NCBI GenBank assembly: GCA_963739245.1
Contig: CAVTZP010000007.1
Coordinates: forward strand, 187,723-251,722
DNA: 64,000 bases
DNA from: an uncultured delta proteobacterium
GTDB taxonomy: Bacteria; Chloroflexota; Dehalococcoidia; Dehalococcoidales; BS750m-G39
Direction of reading: 5' to 3'
In this document: positions 1 to 10,044 of the stretch, piece after piece
Position numbering within the stretch: position 1 is the first letter of the stretch
How the letters are laid out: each line of letters starts with the position of its first letter
Notes under the pieces: model-generated
Seen by the model: only the letters and a program-made list of their open reading frames with translations
What the model was told of the DNA's origin: nothing
Databases searched by the model: none
Translations under genes and position numbers: made by a program

Positions 1-1075
1 TGGGAGTGGTAGTGCCACGCACAATGCTATCGTCAGCCACCACCACCCGCTTGCCATCAAGCAACTGGGGCAGGGGGTTAAATTTCAGCTTAACACCGAG
101 GTCTCTGATGCGCTGGTCAGGCTCAATAAAGGTGCGCCCGACATAGCGGTTCTTAATCAGCCCCTCACCCAGGGGAATACCTGACTCGCGGGAATAACCA
201 ATGCCCGCCGCCGTAGCGGAATCGGGCACACCCATAACCAAATCGGCAGCCACCGGGTATTCCTGAGCCAGCCCCTTACCCATAGCCAGTCGTGCCGGGT
301 AAAGCAGCCGACCATTGATTACCGAATCAGGGCGGGCAAAGTAGATATACTCAAAGATACATAAAGCCTTTCGGCTCACTTCTCCCTGGTAACTATCAAT
401 GCCCTTCTCGCTAATAGCTACTATCTCACCAGGCTCAACCTCCCGGGTAAAGCTGGCACCAATATGGTCAAGGGCACAGCTCTCCGAGGCAATAACCCAG
501 CCACCATTAATCGCCCCCAGACATAGCGGGCGCACGCCAAAGGGGTCACGAACCCCATACAGGGTATGGTTGGTCATAATGGCTAGAGAATAGGCTCCCT
601 GAAGCCGATGCATGGCATACTTTATCCTGTCCACCCAGCTTTTCTCCGGGGAAGACAGGATAAGGTTAGCGATAACCTCAGTATCGGTGGAGGTGTGGAA
701 GGTATAGCCCATATCACAGAGTTCCTGATATAAGTGCTCAGCATTGACGATATTGCCGTTATGGGCTATAGCAAGAGCATTTTCACCATCACCCACAATA
801 ATAGGCTGGGCGTTAGTTACCCGGCTGGAGCCTCTGGTGGAGTAGCGATTATGACCAATGGCAATATCACCCTTGAGCCGACTCAGGGAATCCTCGTCAA
901 AAACCTGGGAAACTAATCCCATTCTGGCATAAACATGGAGTCGTTTGCCATCGGTAGTGGCAATACCGGCACTTTCTTGACCACGGTGCTGAAGGGCAAA
1001 TAAGGCAAAAAAGGTAAGACGAGCTACATCCTCACCAGGGGCATAAACCCCAAAAACACCACAACACTCGTGCAA
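1..1075 (-). CDS. purF: amidophosphoribosyltransferase (5' part; 3' end runs off the left edge)
   Basis: Reverse-strand translation from TTG at 1073-1075 reads LHECCGVFGVYAPGEDVARLTFFALFALQHRGQESAGIATTDG... Further on come GVPDSATAAGIGYS and the PRPP motif VVVADDSIVRGTT. The nucleophile Cys follows a short propeptide. GAGAGG lies 7 nt upstream. There is no stop inside the window, so the gene is absent from the ORF track. Confidence 0.9.
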   Translation of the reverse strand, partial: MHECCGVFGVYAPGEDVARLTFFALFALQHRGQESAGIATTDGKRLHVYARMGLVSQVFDEDSLSRLKGDIAIGHNRYSTRGSSRVTNAQPIIVGDGENALAIAHNGNIVNAEHLYQELCDMGYTFHTSTDTEVIANLILSSPEKSWVDRIKYAMHRLQGAYSLAIMTNHTLYGVRDPFGVRPLCLGAINGGWVIASESCALDHIGASFTREVEPGEIVAISEKGIDSYQGEVSRKALCIFEYIYFARPDSVINGRLLYPARLAMGKGLAQEYPVAADLVMGVPDSATAAGIGYSRESGIPLGEGLIKNRYVGRTFIEPDQRIRDLGVKLKFNPLPQLLDGKRVVVADDSIVRGTTTP

Positions 1076-1110
1076 ATCTACTGCCTCTCAATCTAATTAT
1101 AAACCAATCT

Positions 1111-1881
1111 CTATCTATAGGTCAATTTATTAACCTGCCTAAGCCAGCCCAAAACTATAGCCATCGCTTCACCACTGTGCCGCAGCCGGTGCCCCGCCCC
1201 ATCAACAATGACGAGCCGCTTAGGCTCCCCTGCATTATCATATAGCCGATAGGCATCACCGACCGCCACCGTCTCGTCCCGGCTGCCATGCACTAGCAAC
1301 AAAGGCCGGGGTGAGATTCCAGCAACATAATTAATCGGGCTAACCAGCCTGAAGCCATTAAGCCACTCTTCGGCAGAAGGGGGAAAATCACTATCCCTGA
1401 TAACACCAATACTACGGTAATGGTCAATGAGAGGCTGCGGTTCATCAGTCTTGGTAAACAAGGCAAACTCCGCCGGGCAGGCACAGGCAACAACTGACGA
1501 TACCCTTCTCTCCTCCGAGGCGACATATATGGAAACCGCCGCCCCACCACTAAAGCCAAGCAGCACTAGGCGAGACTTATCCACCTCAGGTAAAGCACAT
1601 AGATAATTAACCACTGCCTTCAGGTCTCTGGTCCAGCCCAGAATATCAAAGTTCCCCCCACTAGCCCCGGTTCCCCTGAAGTTAAAGAGCAATACGGCGA
1701 AGCCGTGGCGACAAATCTGCTCCGCCAACAAGGCGTAGCCTCTATCACTGGGGTCAGGAATACCAGCCGGGATACCATGACAAACACAAACAACTGGGTA
1801 TAGCATCTTGCCCGCGGGCAGGTAAAGCCGAGCAAAGATATCTAGTCCATCTACCTCCAGAGTGAAATCTCTGGTGAGCAT
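1111..1881 (-). CDS. alpha/beta-fold hydrolase (dienelactone-hydrolase/peptidase S9-like)
   Basis: 256-aa ORF with the nucleophile elbow GFSGGA (GxSxG), a late Asp (HGSRDE) and a GAGH motif. Its start overlaps the tlyA stop (TAATG). Confidence 0.7.
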   Translation of the reverse strand: MLTRDFTLEVDGLDIFARLYLPAGKMLYPVVCVCHGIPAGIPDPSDRGYALLAEQICRHGFAVLLFNFRGTGASGGNFDILGWTRDLKAVVNYLCALPEVDKSRLVLLGFSGGAAVSIYVASEERRVSSVVACACPAEFALFTKTDEPQPLIDHYRSIGVIRDSDFPPSAEEWLNGFRLVSPINYVAGISPRPLLLVHGSRDETVAVGDAYRLYDNAGEPKRLVIVDGAGHRLRHSGEAMAIVLGWLRQVNKLTYR

Positions 1882-2606
1882 TATGTCAACCTCAGCCAGA
1901 CAAAGAACTCCTTATTCCCGGAAGCACCGAGGATAGGCGAAGCCACCAATCCTCCCAGCCTGAAGCCGTGGGCTACTACCCAGGCGATAAACCTTCCCAG
2001 AACCCGGGCATGGACAGCAGGTTGTTTGACTATTCCCCCTTTACCCACCTCAGCCCGTCTTGCTTCAAACTGAGGCTTAATAAGCACCAGTAGATAACCA
2101 TCCTCGTTCACCAACTGAGCTACTGAGGGTATAACCTTCTCCACCGAGATAAAGGACAAATCCATAGTCGCCAGGTCAACCTTTTCCGGTAGAGAGATAG
2201 GGTAGCGGGCATTCACCCGTTCCATGACCACCACCCGTGGGTCACACCTCAAGCGGTAATCTAGCTGACCATAGCCCACATCTATGGCATAAACCCGTCT
2301 TGCCCCCCGCTTGAGCAGGCAATCGGTAAAGCCACCGGTTGATGCCCCAATATCAGCCACCACCCTAGAAGAGACATCAAGCTGGAAATGGTCAAGGGCA
2401 TAGTCAAGTTTGACACCACCACGACTAACAAAAGGAGGCGGCTTGAGAATAGTAATTACCGCCTCCTCAGCGACCAGAGTTCCCGGCTTAATAATGGTTT
2501 TCCCCACCGCCACCACCTCCCCGGCCATAATTAAAGCCTGGGCTTTGGCTCGGCTCTCCACCAGCCCCCTGTCCACCAGTAAGTTATCGATTCGCCGCTT
2601 TGCCAC
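1881..2606 (-). CDS. tlyA: TlyA-family rRNA 2'-O-methyltransferase (hemolysin A-like)
   Basis: N-terminal S4-like segment RIDNLLVDRGLVESRAKAQALI, followed by the FtsJ-type SAM motif DIGASTGGFTD. Confidence 0.85.
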   Translation of the reverse strand: MAKRRIDNLLVDRGLVESRAKAQALIMAGEVVAVGKTIIKPGTLVAEEAVITILKPPPFVSRGGVKLDYALDHFQLDVSSRVVADIGASTGGFTDCLLKRGARRVYAIDVGYGQLDYRLRCDPRVVVMERVNARYPISLPEKVDLATMDLSFISVEKVIPSVAQLVNEDGYLLVLIKPQFEARRAEVGKGGIVKQPAVHARVLGRFIAWVVAHGFRLGGLVASPILGASGNKEFFVWLRLT

Positions 2607-2634
2607 CGGTAAAATACTCTTCAGTATTCTCGGT

Positions 2635-3276
2635 TTAGCGCTTCCTCACGCTTACCCTATATCCCTTACCCTTTAGCTCTTTAATAAGCTGACTAACGTC
2701 TTCGCTGTTAATGTGAACGCAAACATCCTTTGTTTTCGCCTCAGGCAACTGTTCAATGTTGAGTGTGGTAATTTCCAGCCCAAGCTTGTTTACGGTTGAA
2801 ATTATTTCCGCCAACGCCTTGGTCTCGCCACCGCCGATAATCTCAATGCGGGTGCCAGGCTGACCCAAACCGAGAAGGGGGTTGATAATCTTATAGAAGA
2901 AGTCATTGGTGGTAACTATACCCACCACCTTACCCTCCTCAACCACCACCGCTGCCCCCACCTTATGGGACTGCCCAAGAGCCAGCGCTTCCTCAGCGCT
3001 CATATCAGGTGAGACGGTTGCTACATCCTTCTCCATAATCTCCTTGACCGTGGTCTTATTCAGAAGATAGGTCAGCTCCCAAACCGTAAGCGAGGTGGCT
3101 TTAGATGGAGAGACACTCTCCAGCCGGCGGTCGGTCACAATACCAACCAGCTTCCCTTTATCCACCACCGGTAAGCGACGGATGCGGTGTGCCTCCATTA
3201 TCCGCTTGGTGTCAGCAATACTAGTACTACTGGGAATAGTAACTACGTTGGTTGTCATGATATCACGAACATACAT
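2635..3276 (-). CDS. CBS domain pair protein with C-terminal regulatory-like domain
   Basis: Two CBS-like repeats (VRDIMTTNVVTI...RRLPVVD and VKEIMEKDVATV...GAAVVVEEGKVVGIVT). 213 aa. Confidence 0.7.
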   Translation of the reverse strand: MYVRDIMTTNVVTIPSSTSIADTKRIMEAHRIRRLPVVDKGKLVGIVTDRRLESVSPSKATSLTVWELTYLLNKTTVKEIMEKDVATVSPDMSAEEALALGQSHKVGAAVVVEEGKVVGIVTTNDFFYKIINPLLGLGQPGTRIEIIGGGETKALAEIISTVNKLGLEITTLNIEQLPEAKTKDVCVHINSEDVSQLIKELKGKGYRVSVRKR

Positions 3277-3365
3277 TGTCTACCTCCTTGAGGAACTACT
3301 GATTCCCTAGTGCATGCCAATAGTAATATTAGCAATCCCGCTCACTGAAAGCAAGAAACCACCCA

Positions 3366-3394
3366 TTGCATTATAGTCATTCCGGTGATACAAT
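3366..3394 (+). promoter_or_regulatory. sigma70-like promoter, probably giving a leaderless transcript
   Basis: -35 TTGCAT (3366-3371), 17-nt spacer, extended -10 TGaTACAAT ending at 3394. The ATG at 3404 is only 9 nt downstream and has no Shine-Dalgarno sequence. Confidence 0.4.
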
Positions 3395-3403
3395 ACTGCC
3401 CAA

Positions 3404-4291
3404 ATGAAGTTTCTTAAGGGCTTGGCTCTTTTTATTTTCGGCTCCCTTCTTTTCCTGTCCCTATTTGTTTTTGGCATCGTTTTCACGCTACACCAGACCA
3501 TCCTCAACCCCGACTTCGTTATCTCTCAGGTGAATAGACTTGATATAACTTCACTAGCCGGGGATATCCTCACCCAGCAAATCCCCCCCGGAGAGGAGTT
3601 CATGCCTGAGGCGGTAGATGCTACTATTGCCGACCTTGAACCGTGGCTAAAGGAACAGGCAGCTAGCGCTACCTACTCCATCTATGACTACCTTGAGGGG
3701 AAGAGCCCGAGCCTGAGCCTGGTAGTCTCGCTGGAGCCAGTGAAGGAAAGTTTCAAGGAAAACCTGAGGGAAGTACTGCTAGAGTCGCCTCCGCCAGAGT
3801 TTGCCGGACTATCCCCCGACTTGATAGATAGCTACTTGGATATCTACTATCCGCAGATTTCCCAGGGGATTCCCTCAACCTTTGAATTTGATGAGACCTC
3901 AATACCACCTGAGATTATGGCACAATTGGGGACAGTAAAGCAGATTATCGGCTATTTCCAGCTTGCGTTTAGCGCTCTGATTGGTCTTATCCTGCTGCTA
4001 ATCCTGCTCATTATTGTCACAACTCGTCAGGTAAGAGGCAGCACTCGTGGGCTAGGGATAAACTTTTTGATTTGCGGCGCCCTTAGCTACGCTGGTTTTT
4101 GGCTGGCCAAGAATTTGATTGGCGCCCAGTTACCGCAGCTTAATGTTCCAACTTACCTCCAGACATGGATACCACAGCTTTTTAGTGATACCTTAGCCCC
4201 TCTAGCAATGTATAGCATTGGTCTTATGGTGATGGGGGTAGTTTTACTTATCGTCTCCTTTGCCTATAGGCCGCGCCAACCTTCATTTTAA
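3404..4291 (+). CDS. membrane protein of unknown function
   Basis: 295-aa ORF with an N-terminal TM helix, an acidic soluble middle and 3-4 C-terminal TM helices. No motif recognised. Confidence 0.5.
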   Translation: MKFLKGLALFIFGSLLFLSLFVFGIVFTLHQTILNPDFVISQVNRLDITSLAGDILTQQIPPGEEFMPEAVDATIADLEPWLKEQAASATYSIYDYLEGKSPSLSLVVSLEPVKESFKENLREVLLESPPPEFAGLSPDLIDSYLDIYYPQISQGIPSTFEFDETSIPPEIMAQLGTVKQIIGYFQLAFSALIGLILLLILLIIVTTRQVRGSTRGLGINFLICGALSYAGFWLAKNLIGAQLPQLNVPTYLQTWIPQLFSDTLAPLAMYSIGLMVMGVVLLIVSFAYRPRQPSF

Positions 4292-4323
4292 ACCGCTGGA
4301 CTATAGCCTGCGCCCAGAATAGA

Positions 4324-4332
4324 TGCTATAAT
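4324..4332 (+). promoter_or_regulatory. extended -10 element (TGcTATAAT) for gatCA, leaderless geometry
   Basis: TGCTATAAT at 4324-4332. The gatC ATG at 4342 lies 9 nt after the -10, with no Shine-Dalgarno sequence between them. Confidence 0.4.
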
Positions 4333-4341
4333 GGGCAAACA

Positions 4342-4629
4342 ATGAAGCTGAGTCGTGAAGAAGTGCAACATATTGCCCTGCTGGCTCGGCTGGGCATGAC
4401 TGAGACTGAGCTTGAGCGGTTTAGAGAGCAATTATCTAATATCCTGGAGAACTTCCAGATACTGCAGCCGGTAGATACCACTGACGTTCCCCCCACTGCC
4501 CAATCCATTCCCCTCCAGAATGTAACCAAGGAGGATGAAGTAGCTGCTTCTCTGCCCCAAAGCGAGATTCTAGCCAACGCCCCGCAAAGAGACGGCGAAT
4601 TCTTCCGGGTAAAAGCGGTGCTTGAATGA
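4342..4629 (+). CDS. gatC: Asp/Glu-tRNA amidotransferase subunit C
   Basis: 95 aa. [38 protein letters not shown] is a typical GatC. Its end overlaps the gatA start by 4 nt. Confidence 0.9.
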   Translation: MKLSREEVQHIALLARLGMTETELERFREQLSNILENFQILQPVDTTDVPPTAQSIPLQNVTKEDEVAASLPQSEILANAPQRDGEFFRVKAVLE

Positions 4630-6084
4630 TGGGATACCAGCTTACCATTCATGAGGCAAGCCAGCTACTGAGAAACAAAAAGCTTTCCTCGGTTGAGTTG
4701 ACTAAGGCCTGTCTTGAGCGTATCCAGCAGGTAGAGCCAAAGGTTCATGCCCTGGTTACTGTTACTGATGAGCTGGCGCTAAGGCAAGCCAAAAAGGCTG
4801 ACGAGTTCATTGCCCAGGGCGATGTCCACCCCCTCACCGGTATCCCGGTGGTAATCAAGGATAATATGTGCACCAAGGGAGTGCGAACCACCTGCTCGTC
4901 AAAGATGCTGGGGAATTTTGTGCCGCCCTACGATGCCACTGTAGTGGAAAGATTAAACAATTATGGCGCGGTGATTATTGGCAAAAGCAATATGGATGAA
5001 TTTGCCATGGGCTCATCAACGGAGCATTCCGCTTTCTTTACCACGCAAAACCCGTGGGACTTAAGCCGCGTCCCCGGGGGTAGCAGCGGCGGCTCAGCCG
5101 TTGTTGCCGCCACCGGCGAGGCTATCTACGCCCTTGGTTCAGATACCGGGGGAAGTATTCGCCAGCCAGCCGGTTTTTGCAGCGTTACTGGCTTAAAGCC
5201 CACCTACGGCCGGGTGAGCCGCTACGGGCTGGTTGCCTTCGCCAGCTCCCTTGACCAGATTGGTCCTCTAACCAAGGATGTTACCGACTGCGCTCTAGTG
5301 TTAAATGCCATCGCCGGCTACGATAATAGAGACTCAACCTCAGCGCCCTACCCCGTGCCCGATTACACCCAGTGCCTGACTACTGACCTCAAGGGGCTTT
5401 CCATCGGCGTGCCTAAGGAGTACTTCGTTGCCGGGATGCAGGCTGAGGTGGAACAAGCCTTGCGCGCCGCTATCAATAAGCTGGAGGAGCTTGGCGCCAA
5501 GGTAGGATGGGAGGTATCACTCCCCCACACCCCCCATGCCCTGGCGGTATATTATATTATTGCCCCCTCAGAGGCTTCAGCCAATCTGGCCCGCTATGAC
5601 GGGGTGAAGTACGGCTTCTCCTATCAAAAGACCGACAATATGTGGGAGGCTTTAGAGAAGACAAGGCAATTCGGCTTCGGCGATGAGGTAAAGCGGAGAA
5701 TTATGCTCGGCACCTACGCCCTCTCCGCCGGCTACTATGATGCCTATTACCTTAAAGCGCAAAAAGTCCGCACCCTGATAAGGCGGGAGTTTGACCAGGC
5801 GTTTGAGAAATATGATGCATTAGTCACCCCCACCTCCCCCACCGTCCCCTTTAAGATTGGGGAGAAGATGGACGACCCCTTGCAAATGTATTTAAGCGAT
5901 GTCTTCACCATACCGGTGAACATTGCCGGTCTGCCGGCGATTACTATCCCCGCTGGCTTTGGTGACGGGCTGCCCATAGGCATGCAGCTCATCGGCAAGC
6001 CCTTTGGCGAGGAGACCATTCTTAAGAATCGCCTACGCCTACGAGCAGGCAACGGAGTGGCATAAGAGAAAGCCAAAGATTTAG
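4626..6084 (+). CDS. gatA: Asp/Glu-tRNA amidotransferase subunit A (apparent 1-nt insertion near the 3' end)
   Basis: Amidase signature GGSSGGSA, plus [10 protein letters not shown]. The track ORF ends at 6065 as ...[14 protein letters not shown]. Dropping one A around 6022-6028 gives ...[20 protein letters not shown] (stop 6082-6084), the conserved GatA C-terminus. Confidence 0.9.
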
Positions 6085-6085
6085 G

Positions 6086-6535
6086 ATGCAGGAGGATGAA
6101 GTGGAAAAGGAGATTGATACTCATTCCTCTGACGCTAAACCCTCTCAGGTTACTGATATCTATTGGATTTATGCTAAGAGGAGAAAAGGTAAGTATCCCA
6201 AGCCTACTCTAAAAAATGGGAAGTGGCTTATCTTTGTGCCTGAAAAGGATATAGATGAGGTATGGGCTAAAATCAAGAAAGCTACTGAGGAAGGTAAGTT
6301 GGGTGGCGCTTCTAAGGTAGCGACAGCAAAACCAAGTCCATTAGGGAAACGAGAGCAGAAGGTTATTTGTGTTTACACTTACGACTGGACTGACGAGAAA
6401 GATGCAAGAAGAGTAAGAGAAGAACTCAGAAAACTAGGCATAACCAATAAGATACCTTATAAATCAGACGAGGATACGCTAAGCGGAAAATATAGAGCAA
6501 CAGGACACACAAGGATTAGTAAATACTATGAATGA
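6086..6535 (+). CDS. hypothetical protein, possibly DUF1917/Bles03-like
   Basis: 149 aa, AT-rich. The pattern GKWLIF...IDEVW..I......GKLG..SKV....(gap)...KVICVYTYDW.DE.D..RV...L..LG......YK.D..T..G.Y matches my recollection of that family. Not verified. Confidence 0.4.
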   Translation: MQEDEVEKEIDTHSSDAKPSQVTDIYWIYAKRRKGKYPKPTLKNGKWLIFVPEKDIDEVWAKIKKATEEGKLGGASKVATAKPSPLGKREQKVICVYTYDWTDEKDARRVREELRKLGITNKIPYKSDEDTLSGKYRATGHTRISKYYE

Positions 6536-6568
6536 TTACTCCACTTAATTAACGAGGTGGCTTAAAAG

Positions 6569-6650
6569 GGAGTCCAAGAGGGGCTTTGCCCCCTCTAAAA
6601 ATAAATTCTTCCCCCTCCCTTATCAAGGGAAGGGGATAAAGGGGAAGGGT
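6569..6650 (-). repeat. bipartite palindromic repeat, copy R1 (B'-A' orientation)
   Basis: GGAGTCCAAGAGGGGCTTTGCCCCCTCT ... TTCCCCCTCCCTTATCAAGGGAAGGGGATAAAGGGGAAGGGT. Lies 33 nt after the stop of the 6086-6535 gene. Confidence 0.85.
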
Positions 6651-6674
6651 TTCCCCAGATATAAGGAGGCAAAA

Positions 6675-7157
6675 ATGGAAATTGACTGCTTAGCTTGCGG
6701 CAAACCTATCAAGATACCGGATTTTATTGACACCAATAATTACGATGGCCAGCTCACCTGCCCGGAGTGCGCCTCGCTGCTTCATGTGAGACTGGGCGGG
6801 GGTAAGGTAAGGAAATACGAGGTGGTGGAAAGAAAGTCACGCGGCGCAACTCTGGCCGACAGCGCGGTTAGCCACAAAACCGGAGGGGAAACGGCGGATG
6901 TAGCCAGCATTGCCAAATACAACCCGCTAAGGGACTTCCTGTCCAGCTATAGAGCCACCCAGATGCAGCTGGTCTTCGAGCAGATTGAAAGCATTATCGG
7001 CTCTGAGCTGGAAAAGGAGGCATATACCTTCAAATCCTGGTGGGAAAACGACGGCGGAAACCCCCAGGCTACTGCCTGGCTCGAAGCCGGATGGGAAGTG
7101 GTTGATGTTAGCCTTCCGCAGCGGAGAATCATCCTCAAACGGATTAAACAACTTTAA
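6675..7157 (+). CDS. zinc-ribbon protein with conserved C-terminal domain of unknown function
   Basis: CxxC-x20-CxxC at the N-terminus (CLAC...CPEC). The C-terminal part, KYNPLRDFL...LVFEQIESIIG...SWWEND...ATAWLEAGWEVVDV, is a widespread stand-alone domain pattern. GGAGG Shine-Dalgarno upstream. Confidence 0.5.
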   Translation: MEIDCLACGKPIKIPDFIDTNNYDGQLTCPECASLLHVRLGGGKVRKYEVVERKSRGATLADSAVSHKTGGETADVASIAKYNPLRDFLSSYRATQMQLVFEQIESIIGSELEKEAYTFKSWWENDGGNPQATAWLEAGWEVVDVSLPQRRIILKRIKQL

Positions 7158-7368
7158 AGTAAGTTGCTACTCCGGCCAGACCTACGCCGAAAGACCAAGG
7201 TCTTTTGTCTGGGAGGGGGTGAAATATGAGGTGGCGGAGATAGAAAAGGAGTGGCGGGAGCCGGGGGAGAGGCATTTTCAGGTCAGAACTAAGGATAACA
7301 AACGGTTCCAACTCTGCTATAATGAAACACAAGACCGGTGGTCGCTAACTGAGCTAATGAGGAGCTAA
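7105..7368 (+). CDS. small hypothetical protein (start uncertain)
   Basis: The distal part of track ORF 6985-7368 looks coding (CYSGQTYAERPRSFVWEGVKYEVAEIEKEWREPGERHFQVRTKDNKRFQLCYNETQDRWSL). The first in-frame ATG after most of the overlap is at 7105. This call still overlaps the preceding gene by about 50 nt. Confidence 0.35.
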   Translation: MLAFRSGESSSNGLNNFKVSCYSGQTYAERPRSFVWEGVKYEVAEIEKEWREPGERHFQVRTKDNKRFQLCYNETQDRWSLTELMRS

Positions 7369-7370
7369 AC

Positions 7371-7853
7371 ATGACAAATGAGATTTTTAAGATACTGGAA
7401 AACGATGCCCGAACCACCCCGAAGCAAATATCAACCATGACCGGCATTCCCCAAAGTGAGGTCGACAAGCTCATCAAGCAAGCCGAGAAAGACCGAACCA
7501 TCCTGAAATACAAGACGATAATTAACTGGGACAAGGTAGGGGAGGAACAGGTGTCGGCTCTGATTGAGGTCAAGCTTATCCCGCAACGAGACGTTGGCTT
7601 TGACGCTGTCGCCGAGCGCATCTACCGCTTCCCCCAGGCTCGCTCGGTCTACCTCCTTTCCGGGGCTTACGACCTGCTGGTTCTGGTAACCGGCAAGACC
7701 ATGCATGAAGTGGCTGATTTCGTCTCCCAAAAGCTCGCCCCAATTGAAGGGGTGCAGGGGACAGTTACCCATTTCATGCTCAAGCGCTACAAAGAGGACA
7801 GCGAAATTCTGGGGGGGAAAGAGGAGACCAAGCGCCAGCCGGTAATCCTGTAG
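7371..7853 (+). CDS. Lrp/AsnC family transcriptional regulator
   Basis: 160 aa. An HTH segment (ILENDARTTPKQISTMTGIPQSEVDKLI) is followed by an AsnC-type ligand domain (VSALIEVKL...YLLSGAYDLLVLV). Confidence 0.85.
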   Translation: MTNEIFKILENDARTTPKQISTMTGIPQSEVDKLIKQAEKDRTILKYKTIINWDKVGEEQVSALIEVKLIPQRDVGFDAVAERIYRFPQARSVYLLSGAYDLLVLVTGKTMHEVADFVSQKLAPIEGVQGTVTHFMLKRYKEDSEILGGKEETKRQPVIL

Positions 7854-7862
7854 GAGATTTTT

Positions 7863-9042
7863 ATGTCGCTAAAAGTGCGCAATATTAGCTCACAGCGAGC
7901 CAACCAGATTGCCCCTTCCGGGATAAGGAAGTTCTTTGACCTTCTCGCCTCTATGGAGGGGGTAATATCACTCGGAGTGGGCGAGCCTGATTTTGCTACT
8001 CCCGTGGCACATCCGCGAGGCGGCTATCTACTCGCTGGAGAAGGGCCAGACCATGTATACCTCAAACTCAGGCATGCCCGAGCTTCGCCGCGAGCTGTCA
8101 AGATACCTCAAGAACAGCTATAACCTGAGCTATGACCCCGATACTGAGCTTCTGATTACCGTTGGCGTCAGCGAGGCGCTAGACCTGGCCACCAGAGCCG
8201 TCCTTGACCCCGGTGATGAGGTCATCATGCCCGACCCCCACTATGTCTCCTATGACGCCTGCGTCATTCTGGCTGGTGGCACCCCAATTATGGTCCCCAC
8301 CAGCGAGGAAAATAATTTTGAGCTTAGCGCCGCTGATATTGAGGCGCGAGTTACCAGCAAGACCAAGGCCATTCTTATCGGCTATCCGTCAAACCCTACC
8401 GGGGCGGTGATGAGCAAAGAAAAGCTGGCAAAAATAGCCGAAATAGCCCGCCGCCACCAGCTGCTGGTAATCTCCGATGAGATTTACGCTCGGCTTGTCT
8501 ACGGCGTGAAGCACACCTGCTTTGCCACCCTGCCCGGGATGAAAGAAAGTACCGTTTTTCTCGGCGGCTTCTCCAAGGCTTATGCCATGACTGGCTGGCG
8601 CATCGGTTACGCCGCCGCCAGTAAAGAGATTATCGCCGCCATGACCAAGATTCACCAGTACACCATAATGTGTGCCCCGACCATGGCTCAGGTCGCCGCC
8701 ATTGAGGCGTTAAAATCCGGTGAACGCAGTGTGCTGGAAATGGTTGAGGACTACAATCGGCGGCGGCTGGTTATGGTCAAGGGACTACATGACATTGGCT
8801 TACCCTGCTTTGAACCCAAAGGCGCATTCTACGCCTTCCCCTCAATAAAGGGCACCGGCATGACCTCGGAGGAGTTTGCCGAAAAGCTGCTGGTGGAGGA
8901 AAAGGTCGCTGTCGTCCCCGGCACTGCCTTCGGGCAATGCGGTGAGGGCTATGTCCGCTGCTGCTATGCCACCTCTCTGGCGGAGATTGAGGAAGCGCTT
9001 CTGCGGATGGGGCGCTTCGTTAAGAAGCACAAGAAAGTATAG
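7863..9042 (+). pseudogene. class I/II (aspartate-type) aminotransferase, split by a 1-nt insertion in a C run
   Basis: Frame 1 reads ...APSGIRKFFDL...ISLGVGEPDFATP. The +1 frame continues WHIREAAIYSLEKGQTMYTSNSG... Removing one C from CCC at 8001-8003 restores GEPDFATPWHIREA. The PLP lysine motif GFSKAYAMTGWR is present. Confidence 0.85.
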
Positions 9043-9098
9043 TTTGTCTATTGCTATCAACGCCGAGTGGTCAAGTTAGCGGCTAAGGAGATGTATAT

Positions 9099-9389
9099 AT
9101 GTTCAATATATTCCCTATAATACTCCTTCTTGGCTTTCTAGCCTTGTTTATTTATCTAGGTATACTAGTAAAAAGAAGAGGGTGGAAAACGATTAGCAAG
9201 ACCAGCAAGGTAGCAATATGCATCATAGCCTTCGGCCTCTTTGTGTTTCTGCTCACTCCACTACTGCTTGCCTTGTTCAATTTAGATAGCGATATAATAG
9301 GATTTCTTATAATGCTTGTTGGAGCCGCCGTCCTTCTCATAGGGTATGTTACTAACCATATAAGGAGAGGGAGGGAAAAGAGGAGGTAG
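9099..9389 (+). CDS. small membrane protein (3 TM), unknown function
   Basis: 96 aa, AT-rich, with a GGAG Shine-Dalgarno upstream. Hydrophobic helices and a basic C-terminus, RRGREKRR. Confidence 0.45.
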   Translation: MFNIFPIILLLGFLALFIYLGILVKRRGWKTISKTSKVAICIIAFGLFVFLLTPLLLALFNLDSDIIGFLIMLVGAAVLLIGYVTNHIRRGREKRR

Positions 9390-9398
9390 GTTTTTATG

Positions 9399-9483
9399 AA
9401 CCCCATCCCCTGTATCCCCTTCCCCTTAACAAGGGGAAGGGGAGGTTTGTTTTAAGAGGGGCTACCGCCCCTCTTTGACTGCC
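9399..9483 (+). repeat. bipartite palindromic repeat, copy R2 (A-B orientation)
   Basis: AACCCCATCCCCTGTATCCCCTTCCCCTTAACAAGGGGAAGGGGAGGTTTGTTTTAAGAGGGGCTACCGCCCCTCTTTGACTGCC. Lies between two convergent small membrane genes. Confidence 0.85.
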
Positions 9484-9513
9484 TGAATTTATACTCCAGA
9501 GGTAGACAGCAGG

Positions 9514-9975
9514 TTATTTTGGCTTTGCCGGTGCTGGGCGCCGCTGTTTTTTCCGCTCAAATAGCCACTTATAGTATAGAGCTGGAATAAGTAAAAACAA
9601 AATGAAACCAATGTAGAAAGCCGAAGTAACAAGCCAGTTTGATTGAAAATTCGAAACCAATGAACCAACTCCTTTTAAGTAGCCTATTATATACGTAAAC
9701 AAATAGATAATAAACAATGACCCGTGTAAGTTTTCAATAATAAAATCTTCGACATTATTAGACCAGTTTCCCCAAAATGCTGATATGACTAAAAGTAGAG
9801 ATACGACTCCAGCAATTCCTCCCAAAATCCAATAAACCATAGCAGGCATAGTTACAGTTGGCACATAATGTGCCCAATCGAAACCAACACTCCATCCACT
9901 CCCTTTTGGCATTCCAAGCAATATCATCGCAAATGAGAAAAGCAATACGCCCCAAGCTACAATACGTCTCGGCAT
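9514..9975 (-). CDS. membrane protein (4-5 TM), unknown function
   Basis: 153 aa, AT-rich, strongly hydrophobic, with a basic tail KKQRRPAPAKPK. Flanked by R2 and R3, which are in inverted orientation to each other. Confidence 0.45.
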   Translation of the reverse strand: MPRRIVAWGVLLFSFAMILLGMPKGSGWSVGFDWAHYVPTVTMPAMVYWILGGIAGVVSLLLVISAFWGNWSNNVEDFIIENLHGSLFIIYLFTYIIGYLKGVGSLVSNFQSNWLVTSAFYIGFILFLLIPALYYKWLFERKKQRRPAPAKPK

Positions 9976-10044
9976 TGGATAACCCTCCTTTTTTGCCCAA
10001 GTTTACAATAATAAATTAAGGCACTTCAATAGGAATAGAATAGA

